A DNA stretch of 64,000 nucleotides, taken from the NCBI GenBank assembly GCA_963663405.2, contig CAXXSM010000022.1:99785-163784 (forward strand), given 5' to 3'. This document shows, in pieces, positions 17,510 to 27,511 of the stretch. Numbering within the stretch: the stretch's first letter is position 1; each line of letters begins with the position of its first letter. The notes under the pieces were generated by a model. The model had not been told where the DNA came from. It saw only the letters and a program-made list of their open reading frames with translations, and ran no database searches. The position numbers and the translations under genes were made by a program. Source of the DNA: a bacterium (GTDB taxonomy: Bacteria > Hinthialibacterota > Hinthialibacteria > Hinthialibacterales > Hinthialibacteraceae).

Positions 17510-19366
17510 TCAAATCTCATTTTCTTCCGCAGGCGTTTCTGATGGATTGCGCACTGCTTCGAGGATACGTTGAGCCAGGTCTATTGTCACACCTGGCAGG
17601 GATATGAGTTCCTCGATCTCTGTTTGCCTGATTTTTTCCAACGATCCAAAACGTTTTAATAGAGCGCGTTCGCGGGCGGGGCCGACACCGGGAATTTCAC
17701 GCAGTGTGGACCGTTTGACTCGTTTACCGAATAAGCCGCGATGGTAGGTGATCCCAAAGCGGTGCGCTTCATCGCGGACTTGTTGGAGCAATTTCAATCC
17801 GGCATTGCGGCGATCGAGGCGGATAGGCGCTTCGACGCCTGGAAGGAAAATTTCTTCTTCCCGTTTCGCAAGGCTGCAGATCGGGAAATGATGAACATCG
17901 ATCTCATCCAAGGCTTCCATCGCGGCGTGGAGATGCCCTTTTCCTCCATCGATTAATAGAAGATCGGGTGGTTCGGCGAATCGGCGTTTTTCGTTTTCGT
18001 TCTCTTCCCTGTGTTGGAACCGGCGCTGGAGCATTTCACGCATCATGGAATAATCATCCACCTGATCCACATTCTTGATTTTAAAGCGGCGGTAGGAGGA
18101 TTTGTGCGCTTTACCGTTTTGAAAGACAACCATCGCTCCGACGGCTTCGGCTCCTTGGGTGTTGGAGATGTCGTATCCTTCGATGCGCAAAGGCAGCAGT
18201 TCGAGGCGGAGAGATTCCTGCAAGGCGATGACATTCGCAGGAACGCTTTGACGCACACCGCGCAGGCGCCGGTATTGCTGCTGCGCGGTGTCACGCGCGT
18301 TCTTTTCGGAAAGTTGGAGCATATCGTATTTAGCGCCACGTTGAGGCACAAGGATTTTAACCAATTTTTCCGCGACCCGCGCCAGCCATTTTTCCAAAAT
18401 GCGTACGCGATCGATTCCCAGAGCGTTGGAGACATAAATCTCCTTTGGGATATCTGTATTGCGAGCGTAGAATTGATTGAGGAAAGCGTCGAGGATTTCC
18501 GGCGTGTCCGCCTGTTTGACATCGTCGAGAAAGTGCTTCGATGAACCGACGACGCGTCCTCCCCGGCGGCGGATCACCGCGACGCAGGCGATGTCATGCA
18601 CCCGCGCGTATCCGAGAAAGTCTTGGTTTTCCACCGAGAGGCTCATCATTTTCTGTCGCCGGGCGAATTGTTCCGCCGCTTCAAGAATATCGCGATAGAA
18701 TCCCGCTTTTTCGAAGAGTAAATCATCCGCGCAATCCTGCATACGTTGTGTCAGTTTCTGAATCACAAGATCCGTATGACCGCGAAGAAAGCCGGTGACG
18801 CCTAGGCAGATCTGTTGGTATTCTTCCGCGCTTACAATCTCACCGCAGGGCGCGCAGCACCGGCCCATTTCATAATCCAGACAGGGACGAACCGAGAGCA
18901 GTTTATCTGAATCGTGTTTGCAGGAACGGATGGGGAAAATCTCGTGCAGAGCGTTTAAGGTCTGGCGCGCCTGACCGGCGCGCGGGTAAGGGCCGAAATA
19001 CGCCGCCCCATCCACTTCAACGGTCCGGGTGAGATACGCGCGGGGATACTTTTCATCGGTCAGTTTAATATAGGGATAACGTTTATCGTCTTTGAGTTTG
19101 ACGTTGCAGGGGGGATGATATTTTTTGATTAAGTTATATTCGAGTAGAAGCGCTTCGACTTCATCATCGGTGATAATGACATCGACCATTTCAGCGTCTT
19201 CCACGAAGGGAGACGCGTACCGCCCATCCTTGCGGCGGCAATGAGAGCGGACGCGCTTTTGGATGTCGATGGCCTTGCCGACATAGATGACTTTTCCCTG
19301 GGCGTTTTTCATCAGATAAACGCCCGGTTCGTTGGGAAGAAGAGATAATTGTTCCGCGTCAATCAT
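17510..19366 (-). CDS. uvrC: Excinuclease ABC subunit C
   Basis: GIY-YIG PGVYLM...YVGKA, UVR domain, RIEGYDIS, PDLLLIDGGKG, RDEAHRF, HhH IPGVGP. Confidence 0.97.
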   Translation of the reverse strand: MIDAEQLSLLPNEPGVYLMKNAQGKVIYVGKAIDIQKRVRSHCRRKDGRYASPFVEDAEMVDVIITDDEVEALLLEYNLIKKYHPPCNVKLKDDKRYPYIKLTDEKYPRAYLTRTVEVDGAAYFGPYPRAGQARQTLNALHEIFPIRSCKHDSDKLLSVRPCLDYEMGRCCAPCGEIVSAEEYQQICLGVTGFLRGHTDLVIQKLTQRMQDCADDLLFEKAGFYRDILEAAEQFARRQKMMSLSVENQDFLGYARVHDIACVAVIRRRGGRVVGSSKHFLDDVKQADTPEILDAFLNQFYARNTDIPKEIYVSNALGIDRVRILEKWLARVAEKLVKILVPQRGAKYDMLQLSEKNARDTAQQQYRRLRGVRQSVPANVIALQESLRLELLPLRIEGYDISNTQGAEAVGAMVVFQNGKAHKSSYRRFKIKNVDQVDDYSMMREMLQRRFQHREENENEKRRFAEPPDLLLIDGGKGHLHAAMEALDEIDVHHFPICSLAKREEEIFLPGVEAPIRLDRRNAGLKLLQQVRDEAHRFGITYHRGLFGKRVKRSTLREIPGVGPARERALLKRFGSLEKIRQTEIEELISLPGVTIDLAQRILEAVRNPSETPAEENEI

Positions 19367-19495
19367 TGATTATCGTTGTATTCGTATTCTTTTCATAAAA
19401 CTAATATTACTATTATTGTATCCACAAAACGGATTGCAGTTATTGTGAGCGATGTCATAATGGTTAAAAGATTGAACGCCAGTGGAGATCACACG

Positions 19496-19747
19496 ATGGA
19501 AGCAGAAACCATTCATATCAAGATTACAGGAGAACTTCGAAACCATCTGCAACAACAGATAGGGCCTCGCGGGCTTTATGAAAACGCAAGCGAATATGTC
19601 CGCGATCTCATCCGGCGCGACCTAAAGAGTCAACAAGAAGCGTGGGAATGGTTAAAAAAGGAACTGGAGCCCGCCCTTCGCGCTGATAAGAGCGCCTATA
19701 TCGCAGTAACGGCGGATGATGTTGTGGCTAGGAATAAAAGGAAATAA
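19496..19747 (+). CDS. parD: ParD-like ribbon-helix-helix antitoxin
   Basis: GLYENASEYVRDLIR signature; GGAG RBS; directly upstream of toxin. Confidence 0.85.
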   Translation: MEAETIHIKITGELRNHLQQQIGPRGLYENASEYVRDLIRRDLKSQQEAWEWLKKELEPALRADKSAYIAVTADDVVARNKRK

Positions 19748-19749
19748 CA

Positions 19750-20124
19750 ATGGCCGGCTATCGTTTTTTCCCGGCGGCGGATTTACGACAAGATGAGATA
19801 TGGGAATATACTTGTAAGCATTGGGGAGAAAAACAAGCGGAGAAGTATATACGAGATTTGCATAACCATCTACAAGAGCTCGCCGACAAGAAAAAACTAT
19901 GGAGACCATTATCCTGTTCTATGATCATTCCATCTGATATCAAAATTAATGTATATTTCAGTCACTATAAGCGTCATTACATCTTTTTTCGTGAGTTATC
20001 AGATGATTTGATTGGTGTCATGAGTATTCTTCACGACTCTATTGATATTCCAGTGAGGCTTGCAGAGGACTTACAAGATATAGATAATATAAGTGGGGAA
20101 AAGGATTCATTTAACAACGATTAG
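19750..20124 (+). CDS. parE: ParE/RelE family toxin
   Basis: AADLRQDEIWEYT...WGEKQAEKY...HYIFF...ILH pattern. Confidence 0.85.
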   Translation: MAGYRFFPAADLRQDEIWEYTCKHWGEKQAEKYIRDLHNHLQELADKKKLWRPLSCSMIIPSDIKINVYFSHYKRHYIFFRELSDDLIGVMSILHDSIDIPVRLAEDLQDIDNISGEKDSFNND

Positions 20125-20188
20125 ACTCTATCTTAAGAATCATTTCATTACAAAAAAAATCAAGACAATTTTATGTCATTCCTTAAAA

Positions 20189-21631
20189 TCACCGATTCCT
20201 CAAAACGCGAAATAGGTTTTCGATATCCTCCCGGCTGATTCCCCGCAGGAGGAGCAGGGAGATCGCATAGACAGTGGCGCCGAGGAGGATGGCGAAGTAC
20301 CAGGGGAGCTGGATGGAGAGGATAACCAGGGCCATGATGAGTGATGCGGCGAGGATGGCGAGATAGCGTTTCCCTTCGGTGAATAAGTGTAAATCCCTTG
20401 TGTGATAGCTCATCAGAACGCCATATAATCCTTGAGAAATGACCGTCATGACGGAGGCTCCCAGCGCGCCCCAGAGGAGAATGGCGGGTACGTTCAGAAT
20501 CGCATTGCTGACGAGTCCCCAGGCGGACGCCTGTAAATTTTTGCGTTGCCGGTCGGTCGCGTTGAGAATGGCGCCGAGTAGAAAATTGGCAAAGATGAAG
20601 GGCAGCGACCAAACCAGAATTTTGAAGACATCGCACGCCCGTGGATCGACTTTTCGCAGCAGCTGCGTAACCAGATCATCCGCGACACACGTTCCCCCGA
20701 CCGCCATGGGAATTGCGATGATCATTAATCCACGCAGAAAAAGGCCCGCCGTCCGGGAGAACGGACGATTTTCGTGATAGAGTTTGGAAAAGACCGGATA
20801 GGCGGCGATGGAGAGGACCTGTGGAAAGAGAAACAGCCCTTCAAATATTCGGTAAGGGGCGCGGTATAAGCCGGTTTCGCTGTCATCCCAGATCCAATTG
20901 ATCATCGCGGTGTCTTCGCGGTGCAGGAGCAAGACGCAGGCCGATGATAATCCAATAGGAACCGCCAGTTTCTGCCACTCAAACCATTCGGAATACTTAA
21001 ACGTCCGGCGGGACCATCCCACACGTTGGAGAATCACCTTCCAATAAAACGCTACGGATACAAGCGAACCGGCTGTGTAGCATAAAAACACAGGAGGAAG
21101 GTGGGGATAAAACAAAAGCATAGGGATCGCCAAGCCGATGTGGACGATTTTTTCGAGAATATTTGCGATCCCTTCCATCGAAAGAAGTTCCAGACTGCGT
21201 ACAAAGGAGCGGATAAACATCATGTGAAGAACAGCGAAAAAAAAGAAGACTGCGCAGACAATCAAACTCCATGTATGTTCAGGTTTTCCCACTGCGGCGA
21301 GAAGGAACATCATGATGATCCCACCCACGATCGAAATCGTCAGGCGGAAATAGAAAAGAGAGCGCAATACGTTTTTCAATCGATCGCGGCGCCGGGCGAT
21401 CTCCCGCGTGATTGTTTGTTCCAATCCGAAGTCGATCAACACGCAGAAAATGATGGCCATTTCCATAAAATATTCGATCCGGCCGAATTTCTCCTGACCG
21501 AGAATCTCTACCGCAAGGAGCGTATAGCCCAGGACCATCAATTTACAGAAGATTCCACTGATACCTAAAATCGATCCATAGCGTGTGATCCGGCGGCCAA
21601 CGCCTTTATCTGAAGCGGAATTGGATATCAT
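20189..21631 (-). CDS. Wzx-like polysaccharide flippase
   Basis: Many TM segments; LGQEKFG, DFGL...REIAR, GLYRAPYR, LWGALGAS; start overlaps upstream stop (TAATG). Confidence 0.85.
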   Translation of the reverse strand: MISNSASDKGVGRRITRYGSILGISGIFCKLMVLGYTLLAVEILGQEKFGRIEYFMEMAIIFCVLIDFGLEQTITREIARRRDRLKNVLRSLFYFRLTISIVGGIIMMFLLAAVGKPEHTWSLIVCAVFFFFAVLHMMFIRSFVRSLELLSMEGIANILEKIVHIGLAIPMLLFYPHLPPVFLCYTAGSLVSVAFYWKVILQRVGWSRRTFKYSEWFEWQKLAVPIGLSSACVLLLHREDTAMINWIWDDSETGLYRAPYRIFEGLFLFPQVLSIAAYPVFSKLYHENRPFSRTAGLFLRGLMIIAIPMAVGGTCVADDLVTQLLRKVDPRACDVFKILVWSLPFIFANFLLGAILNATDRQRKNLQASAWGLVSNAILNVPAILLWGALGASVMTVISQGLYGVLMSYHTRDLHLFTEGKRYLAILAASLIMALVILSIQLPWYFAILLGATVYAISLLLLRGISREDIENLFRVLRNR

Positions 21632-22776
21632 TACGCTGATTGTCCCATGAGCGATTGATAGAATTCGGTGATCTGATCCGCAAAGCGCGGCCAAGTATAC
21701 AATCCACGGCTGCGGATGATTCCTTTTTGCCGCAGCCGTTCACATTCTGCGGGGCGCCCGCGGAGATACTTGATTTTCGCGGTTAAATCCTCAATAGAAT
21801 TTTCTTGGAAGATCAATCCTGCATCGCCGGTTACTTCGGGGATGGCGCCGGAGGAGGATCCAATAACAGGAGTTCCCACGGCCATCGCTTCGATAATGGC
21901 TCGGCCCAGTTGTTCTTGCCAACCTTCCATTGTGCGGGAAGGCAGAACAAAAAGGTCCATGCGCCGCAGCACATCAACAACCCGCCGTTCGGACACGGTG
22001 GGAATCCATTCAATCCGATCTTGAATTTGCAAACGTTCAGCGTCCTTTTTCCATCGTTCTGTGTCGCCTCCTCCGGCAAGGATCAGGCGGCAGTCCGGCA
22101 GTCCCGCCAATGCGCGGAGGAGCAGATCCGTTCCCTTCATATAAATCAAACGGCCTACGTATCCGATGGTAAATGATTCATTTTTCTGGCGAGGGCCGGC
22201 CGGTTCCGCAAAGAAATACGATGGAATCCCATAAGAAATAACGCGCGTTGGTTTTGTATAACCCTTCCGGAGAAGGACATTCCTCGCTCCTTCGGTTGCG
22301 CAGACGGCGGCGGTTGAACGGGCGTGGAGCGTCTTATCAATCAACCGGTAGAATGGAGACGCCTTGGCTGGATAGATCCAGGGACGGTAGATGTTCTCCC
22401 AAGTATAAAATAGGAGGCGGGCTGAATGCGCGATCGCGCCTGCGGTGAGTAGAGTTTGAAGGGCGCTGATGGACCAGGGTTCTTCGAGCAGTTGGATAAT
22501 ATGAGGGCGCGCGCGTGCGATCGCTCTCATTAATCCGGAATAGTATCCTGTCCGGGCATAGTAGTCTTTCCAGAAAACCTTTCCCGAATGAGAGGTGTAA
22601 GACGCGTCTGGATGGGAGCGCCAGATCACTTCCCGCCCATTTTCGATCCAATGTTCCGGACCAAGGACATGCAGATCCACGCCGGGCCGCCGTCCCAGTT
22701 CCTGATGCCGTTCGTGCGAGGAATCCAATCCCGCCGTTTTATCGATTATAAGAACACGTATCATTTCCATCCCCAA
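21631..22776 (-). CDS. Glycosyltransferase family 4
   Basis: YVGRLIYMKG, DLFVLPS...EQLGRAIIEAMAVGTPVIGS. Confidence 0.92.
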   Translation of the reverse strand: MGMEMIRVLIIDKTAGLDSSHERHQELGRRPGVDLHVLGPEHWIENGREVIWRSHPDASYTSHSGKVFWKDYYARTGYYSGLMRAIARARPHIIQLLEEPWSISALQTLLTAGAIAHSARLLFYTWENIYRPWIYPAKASPFYRLIDKTLHARSTAAVCATEGARNVLLRKGYTKPTRVISYGIPSYFFAEPAGPRQKNESFTIGYVGRLIYMKGTDLLLRALAGLPDCRLILAGGGDTERWKKDAERLQIQDRIEWIPTVSERRVVDVLRRMDLFVLPSRTMEGWQEQLGRAIIEAMAVGTPVIGSSSGAIPEVTGDAGLIFQENSIEDLTAKIKYLRGRPAECERLRQKGIIRSRGLYTWPRFADQITEFYQSLMGQSA

Positions 22777-22796
22777 ACGATACTTATAAAGGTGTT

Positions 22797-22821
22797 TAGG
22801 TTGAAGGTTGAAGACGGAAGG
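22797..22821. repeat. Heptamer-repeat element (TAGGTTGAAGGTTGAAGACGGAAGG)
   Basis: Reverse complement closely matches the 25-nt core of the 38486-38613 repeat. Confidence 0.6.
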
Positions 22822-22980
22822 TTTTTAAAAATGGCCTTCGGCCAGAATGTATTTATAATCTCCTTAAAGAAGCGGATCGGCCCAATCATCATAAACATCA
22901 ATCGTTAGATTCCCGTTTCGGACGTTACGGATAGGATACCCTATCGTATTTAAATAAAATTTTACTACCGGGAAACGAGA

Positions 22981-24327
22981 ATGAGATTTATTAATGCTTT
23001 GTTTTTTATTGTATTTTTCATTGTATGCTCTCCATTATTGTCTAATGCGGATTCCACATCACCCGAACCGAATTCACCTCCAATCGATGTCCGGATATTA
23101 ATAGACGAAAGTCTCAGGAAAGACGGATTTGAAGAAGATATCAAAAAGTGGCTTGCGTTTTCAAAAAACATTCTATTGAAAGAATCCGGCATCAACATCC
23201 GATTCATTGAGCATCACCCCATTACCATCCCGAAAAAGAATCTAGACTCGTGGCATCACCATAAACAGAGAGACATATTTAAGGAATGGGTTAACGAACA
23301 TCGAAGAAAGGATGAAATCATCTACGCCTTTGTCTCCGCAACGGATGATGCGGGAAAGTGCATGTCCAGTATGGGGATATCCCTAACCGCCATCGATTCA
23401 ACAAAAACACAATCTCGTAAATGGCTCGTTCTTCACGAGTTCGCCCATCTCTTCGGCGCTCCAGACGTCGTTTTGAAGGATCACGTTATGAATGACGAAT
23501 GCATATTGGAATATGGAGACGAGCCCCTTCAATTCGATCCTCACACGCTGGCGATTATGAGAATTGCAAACGAATATCTCCAATCTACAAAAAGAGGATT
23601 TTTCAGTTTCGCCCATATACCACCCGATTACGGTAAACGCATAATTCCACACCTTAATACGCTGCTATTCCATGCAAAACATAAAGAGTCGATGCACTGT
23701 GAATTGGGAGAATATTATTTAATTAACAGCCAGTATAAACAGGCTTTAAGCGAATTCGACCGTTCTCTTCAAATCGTCTCTGATCGAATCGCTTGCGCTA
23801 CCCCATCACCCAAGGACTTTCAAGAAGTGGCCGTTGACCTGATTCAATACAATAAAGGATTGTGTTTAGTGCCGCTGGGAAAATATCATGAGGCTTTATC
23901 CTTGTTTCAACTTTCCTTAACAAGCGGGCCTGAAAATAGTGACAAGCATTTCTGGATATCAAGGACGTATCATATTTTGGGAGAGATCGATCCCGCATTG
24001 CGGCACAGTGAAAACAGCCTGCGTCTCAATCCTTCTAATCCACCGATCTGGCATTACCATGGCGTCTTGCTTTTAACACAGATACCAGCGAATACATGGG
24101 AAGGAGACGAGATGGATAAGGCTATCCATTGTTTCAACAAAGCAATCGAACTTGATCCTTCCATCGCTATCTCCCATGCGTATCTCGGCGCGATTTACAT
24201 TCAGCGAAACGATCTTCCAAAAGCGGAACCGTATCTGCAATATGCGAAAAAGAATGGTTTTGAAGATGGTTTGAGAATTAAGAAAAAGGGGGAGACAATC
24301 CACGTGAGTTTTTCCAAGCAGCGTTAG
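22981..24327 (+). CDS. Secreted metzincin-like metallopeptidase with C-terminal TPRs
   Basis: Signal peptide; HEFAHLFGAPD plus Met-turn-like HVMN; TPR motifs such as AIHCFNKAIELDP. Confidence 0.75.
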   Translation: MRFINALFFIVFFIVCSPLLSNADSTSPEPNSPPIDVRILIDESLRKDGFEEDIKKWLAFSKNILLKESGINIRFIEHHPITIPKKNLDSWHHHKQRDIFKEWVNEHRRKDEIIYAFVSATDDAGKCMSSMGISLTAIDSTKTQSRKWLVLHEFAHLFGAPDVVLKDHVMNDECILEYGDEPLQFDPHTLAIMRIANEYLQSTKRGFFSFAHIPPDYGKRIIPHLNTLLFHAKHKESMHCELGEYYLINSQYKQALSEFDRSLQIVSDRIACATPSPKDFQEVAVDLIQYNKGLCLVPLGKYHEALSLFQLSLTSGPENSDKHFWISRTYHILGEIDPALRHSENSLRLNPSNPPIWHYHGVLLLTQIPANTWEGDEMDKAIHCFNKAIELDPSIAISHAYLGAIYIQRNDLPKAEPYLQYAKKNGFEDGLRIKKKGETIHVSFSKQR

Positions 24328-24406
24328 TCAATTCTTCGATTTTCCACCTTTCGTCTATAATAAAAAATCCTAATTTAACTCGAATCCTGAGGAGCCGAAG
24401 ATTTTC

Positions 24407-26257
24407 ATGCCCGATCCGGTATTACAAGGCAATGCTTTCTGGCGTATTAATATTGACGCGCTGCAAAGAAGAGACAGCACGCTGGCTGGCCGTCTGCGGA
24501 CGGCGACAGTACGGATGGATGAGTTTATCTTCGCCCGCGCGGCAGATGGGTCGCCGGTTCTTGGGCTCAAGGCGCCGGATGGTCAGAGGATCGCTCTGAA
24601 CGATCCCGCAAATCCAGAGGGGGATGCGGACCGGTGGATTCAGGAACGGGCGGATCAATGCTTGAAGGGGGCGCATGTGATGCTGGTGGGTTTCGGCGCC
24701 GGGTATCACGCGCTATCGATGTTCCAACAGTCGGATGAAAACACGTACATCTGGATCGTGGAACCGAATCCAGCTGTATTGAAAGCCGCGTTTCATTTAA
24801 GGGATTTTTCAGATTTGATCGAAGCGCAGCGGATTCGTTTTGTATCGGGACTGCCGGAAGAGGAGATCGCGCGTCTGCCATTCAATGGAATCACCTCGAA
24901 CCGGATGAGAGCGCAGGGGATTCGTTTGATGTATACGCCGACGGCGGGTCAGCTCTATGGAGCGTTCCTTCAGCGATTGGCGAAGGCGATCGCGGAAGCG
25001 ATTCAGTTAGAAGGATTAAAATTCAGAACCTCGCAAATCCAAGGCAAGCGGATTTTGGAAAACGTTTCCTCAAACCTATCCTATATTTTACAGGGCGCGC
25101 CGTGTCTGCGGCTGGATGGTAAAGCGGCGGGAATCCCGGCTTTGATCATCGCGCCCGGTCCCAGCTTGGAAGAGGCGCTTCCTCTGATCCAAGCAGTCAA
25201 GGATCGCGCCTTGCTCATCACTGTCGATACCGCGCACCGGATTCTGCTTCGAGAGGGGATTCAATCTGATTTGGTAGTCAGCCTGGATTTCACGGAACTG
25301 AACGCCAAGCATTTTGAGGGGATCGATGAGGATGACGCGTGTTTAGTGGCGTTTCCCGGTATTGAATCTATAATTCTGAAGCAATACGCAGAGCGCAGTT
25401 TTTTCTTTACCCACAACGCCGATCACCTGCTGCCTGCGCTGCGCTCGCTGGGGCCGTTGGGGAGTTTGAAATCGTATGGGTCCACCGCTCACGCCGCCTA
25501 TCACATCGCCCGCCTGATGGGCTGCGCGCCGATTGTGTTGATTGGCAACGATCTCGCGTTTCCTTCCGAACGCTGGTACACGGACGGCGCCATGCAGAAC
25601 GATCTCGATCAGCCCGAACGGGAGGAGGAAGAATTATTAGAAGTTCCCTCCAATAATGGTGGAACCGTGAAAACCAACGGCCTGTATAAAGTCTACCTTG
25701 ATACGTTTACGGTATTGATTCAAGAAACCGCCGGCGCCGTGGTGAACACATCTCCTCATGGGGCGGTCATTTCCAGCTGCCAATGGATGACATTGGAGAA
25801 CGCGCTTGCGGAGTTTCCCCAAACTACGATCGATCGATCGTTCCTGCGAAAGGCGCTGCGTCCCACTCTGGCGTTTCAGCGGGAGAATGTTCGAAATGAT
25901 CTCCATGCGTTGCGTGACACATGTAGAAACGTTCACACGCGGTTGACGAAGTATATCAAACGGGTGGAGGCGTTGAATCCTTCTTCGAAAAATTTTTCTA
26001 CCGGTCTGCGGGATGCGATTACCCAATTTGTGGCGATGCTCGACCGGGACAATCAGGCGTGTTCATTGTGTACGCCGCTCTGCCCACGATCGACTGTGGC
26101 GCTGTTCGGACAATTGGACAATGAGAGTATTCTCGGAGGAGACACACCCCAAAAAAACCAAGCCGCCTTGGAGCGCTTTTTGGAACTGGTCAATGATTTT
26201 GGCTCCGCTCTACGCGTGAATAGCAAAGCGCTGGAGCATGCGGCGGAGATTCTTTAA
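24407..26257 (+). CDS. Motility-associated factor (Maf / DUF115, MptE-like) glycosyltransferase
   Basis: GFGAGYH, IVEP, IIAPGPSL, PIVLIGNDLAF, VNTSPHGA. Confidence 0.85.
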   Translation: MPDPVLQGNAFWRINIDALQRRDSTLAGRLRTATVRMDEFIFARAADGSPVLGLKAPDGQRIALNDPANPEGDADRWIQERADQCLKGAHVMLVGFGAGYHALSMFQQSDENTYIWIVEPNPAVLKAAFHLRDFSDLIEAQRIRFVSGLPEEEIARLPFNGITSNRMRAQGIRLMYTPTAGQLYGAFLQRLAKAIAEAIQLEGLKFRTSQIQGKRILENVSSNLSYILQGAPCLRLDGKAAGIPALIIAPGPSLEEALPLIQAVKDRALLITVDTAHRILLREGIQSDLVVSLDFTELNAKHFEGIDEDDACLVAFPGIESIILKQYAERSFFFTHNADHLLPALRSLGPLGSLKSYGSTAHAAYHIARLMGCAPIVLIGNDLAFPSERWYTDGAMQNDLDQPEREEEELLEVPSNNGGTVKTNGLYKVYLDTFTVLIQETAGAVVNTSPHGAVISSCQWMTLENALAEFPQTTIDRSFLRKALRPTLAFQRENVRNDLHALRDTCRNVHTRLTKYIKRVEALNPSSKNFSTGLRDAITQFVAMLDRDNQACSLCTPLCPRSTVALFGQLDNESILGGDTPQKNQAALERFLELVNDFGSALRVNSKALEHAAEIL

Positions 26258-26417
26258 ACACCGAGTCTTCTCTTCCCCTTTTTTTTCTTTTTCTCATCTA
26301 TACCCGGTATGGTTTGATTGAATGCACTATATCGCCTACTATCTAATAAACGCGCCGATGCGGGCGCATTCCAATACGGTGTCCAATCATGGACGCTTAA
26401 AAACCGGAGGAAATCTC

Positions 26418-27362
26418 ATGAAGATGAAATCGATCAGTTTATTGTTTGTCCTGGCTTTTGTTTGTGGATTGGTTTACACGCCTGCGGGGATCGCGGCGGA
26501 TCCTGTAAAAGTGCTCTTTTTAACCAAGTCATCCGGATTTGAACACAGCGTTGTCCACCGGGAAAAAGGCGAACTCGGTTATGCGGAAAAAATCATGCTG
26601 GACCTTGCCGGGGATAACGGTCTGTTTGTCGTTGTGACGAAAGACGCGGGCATGATTAATGCGGACCAATTAAAATGCTTCGATGTCGTCATGTTTTACA
26701 CGACCGGCGATCTGACCCAACCCAGCAAAGACAACGGGACTCTCATGAGCGAACAAGGCCGTCAAGACCTTGTTGATTGGGTGAACGCGGGAGGCGGTTT
26801 CGTTGGTTGTCATACCGCGTCCGACACATTTCACGGCTGGGAACCGTACCTCAAACTCACTGGGGGAGAATTCCTGACGCATAAAAATCAGGAAGAAGCC
26901 AAGATGACGGTCAAAAAACACCCGATTACCTCGCATCTGGGCGCTTCATGGATATTGAAAGATGAATATTACATGTTCAAAAATGTAACGGGTACATTCA
27001 CACCCCTATTAATTCTTGAAACGAAAGAGATGAAACAGGACGCGTACAACCAAGTCGATCCTTATGCGAACACATACATCGAAGAGATCGGGGAAGGCCG
27101 GGCCTTCAACTGCGCGCTGGGACATCGTGAAGATGTTTGGGACGCTCCAGAATTTCAAAAATTAATGGTAAAAGGCGTCAAATGGGCGGCGAAAGTGGAT
27201 TTAGAAGCGGGAGACTCGGCGAATACGGACGATATCTTCACAAAAATGAGAGACATGACACGCGAGGAGCGGCGGGAATTTATCCAGGGTCTCAGCGAAG
27301 AAGACAGGGCCAAACTGAGAGAACGGTTCCGGGAACAACGCAGCCAACGTGAACGGCAATAA
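26418..27362 (+). CDS. Secreted ThuA-like domain protein with charged C-terminal tail
   Basis: KSSGFEHS, GGGFVGCHTASD, DEYY, ALGH; GGAGG RBS. Confidence 0.85.
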   Translation: MKMKSISLLFVLAFVCGLVYTPAGIAADPVKVLFLTKSSGFEHSVVHREKGELGYAEKIMLDLAGDNGLFVVVTKDAGMINADQLKCFDVVMFYTTGDLTQPSKDNGTLMSEQGRQDLVDWVNAGGGFVGCHTASDTFHGWEPYLKLTGGEFLTHKNQEEAKMTVKKHPITSHLGASWILKDEYYMFKNVTGTFTPLLILETKEMKQDAYNQVDPYANTYIEEIGEGRAFNCALGHREDVWDAPEFQKLMVKGVKWAAKVDLEAGDSANTDDIFTKMRDMTREERREFIQGLSEEDRAKLRERFREQRSQRERQ

Positions 27363-27437
27363 ATAGCATAAGCATTCTTATAGTTCACACCGCAACTGTA
27401 AGTTGATGAGTGGTCTATTTTCAAACTATTGTTGTAC

Positions 27438-27469
27438 AAAATGGGGCGGCTTTATAACCGCCCCGTTTC
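27438..27469. terminator. Probable bidirectional intrinsic terminator
   Basis: AAAATGGGGCGG-N8-CCGCCCCGTTTC between convergent genes. Confidence 0.65.
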
Positions 27470-27511
27470 TTTGAAGGAGAATTCTCATAAATCGGATATC
27501 AATAACACGAG

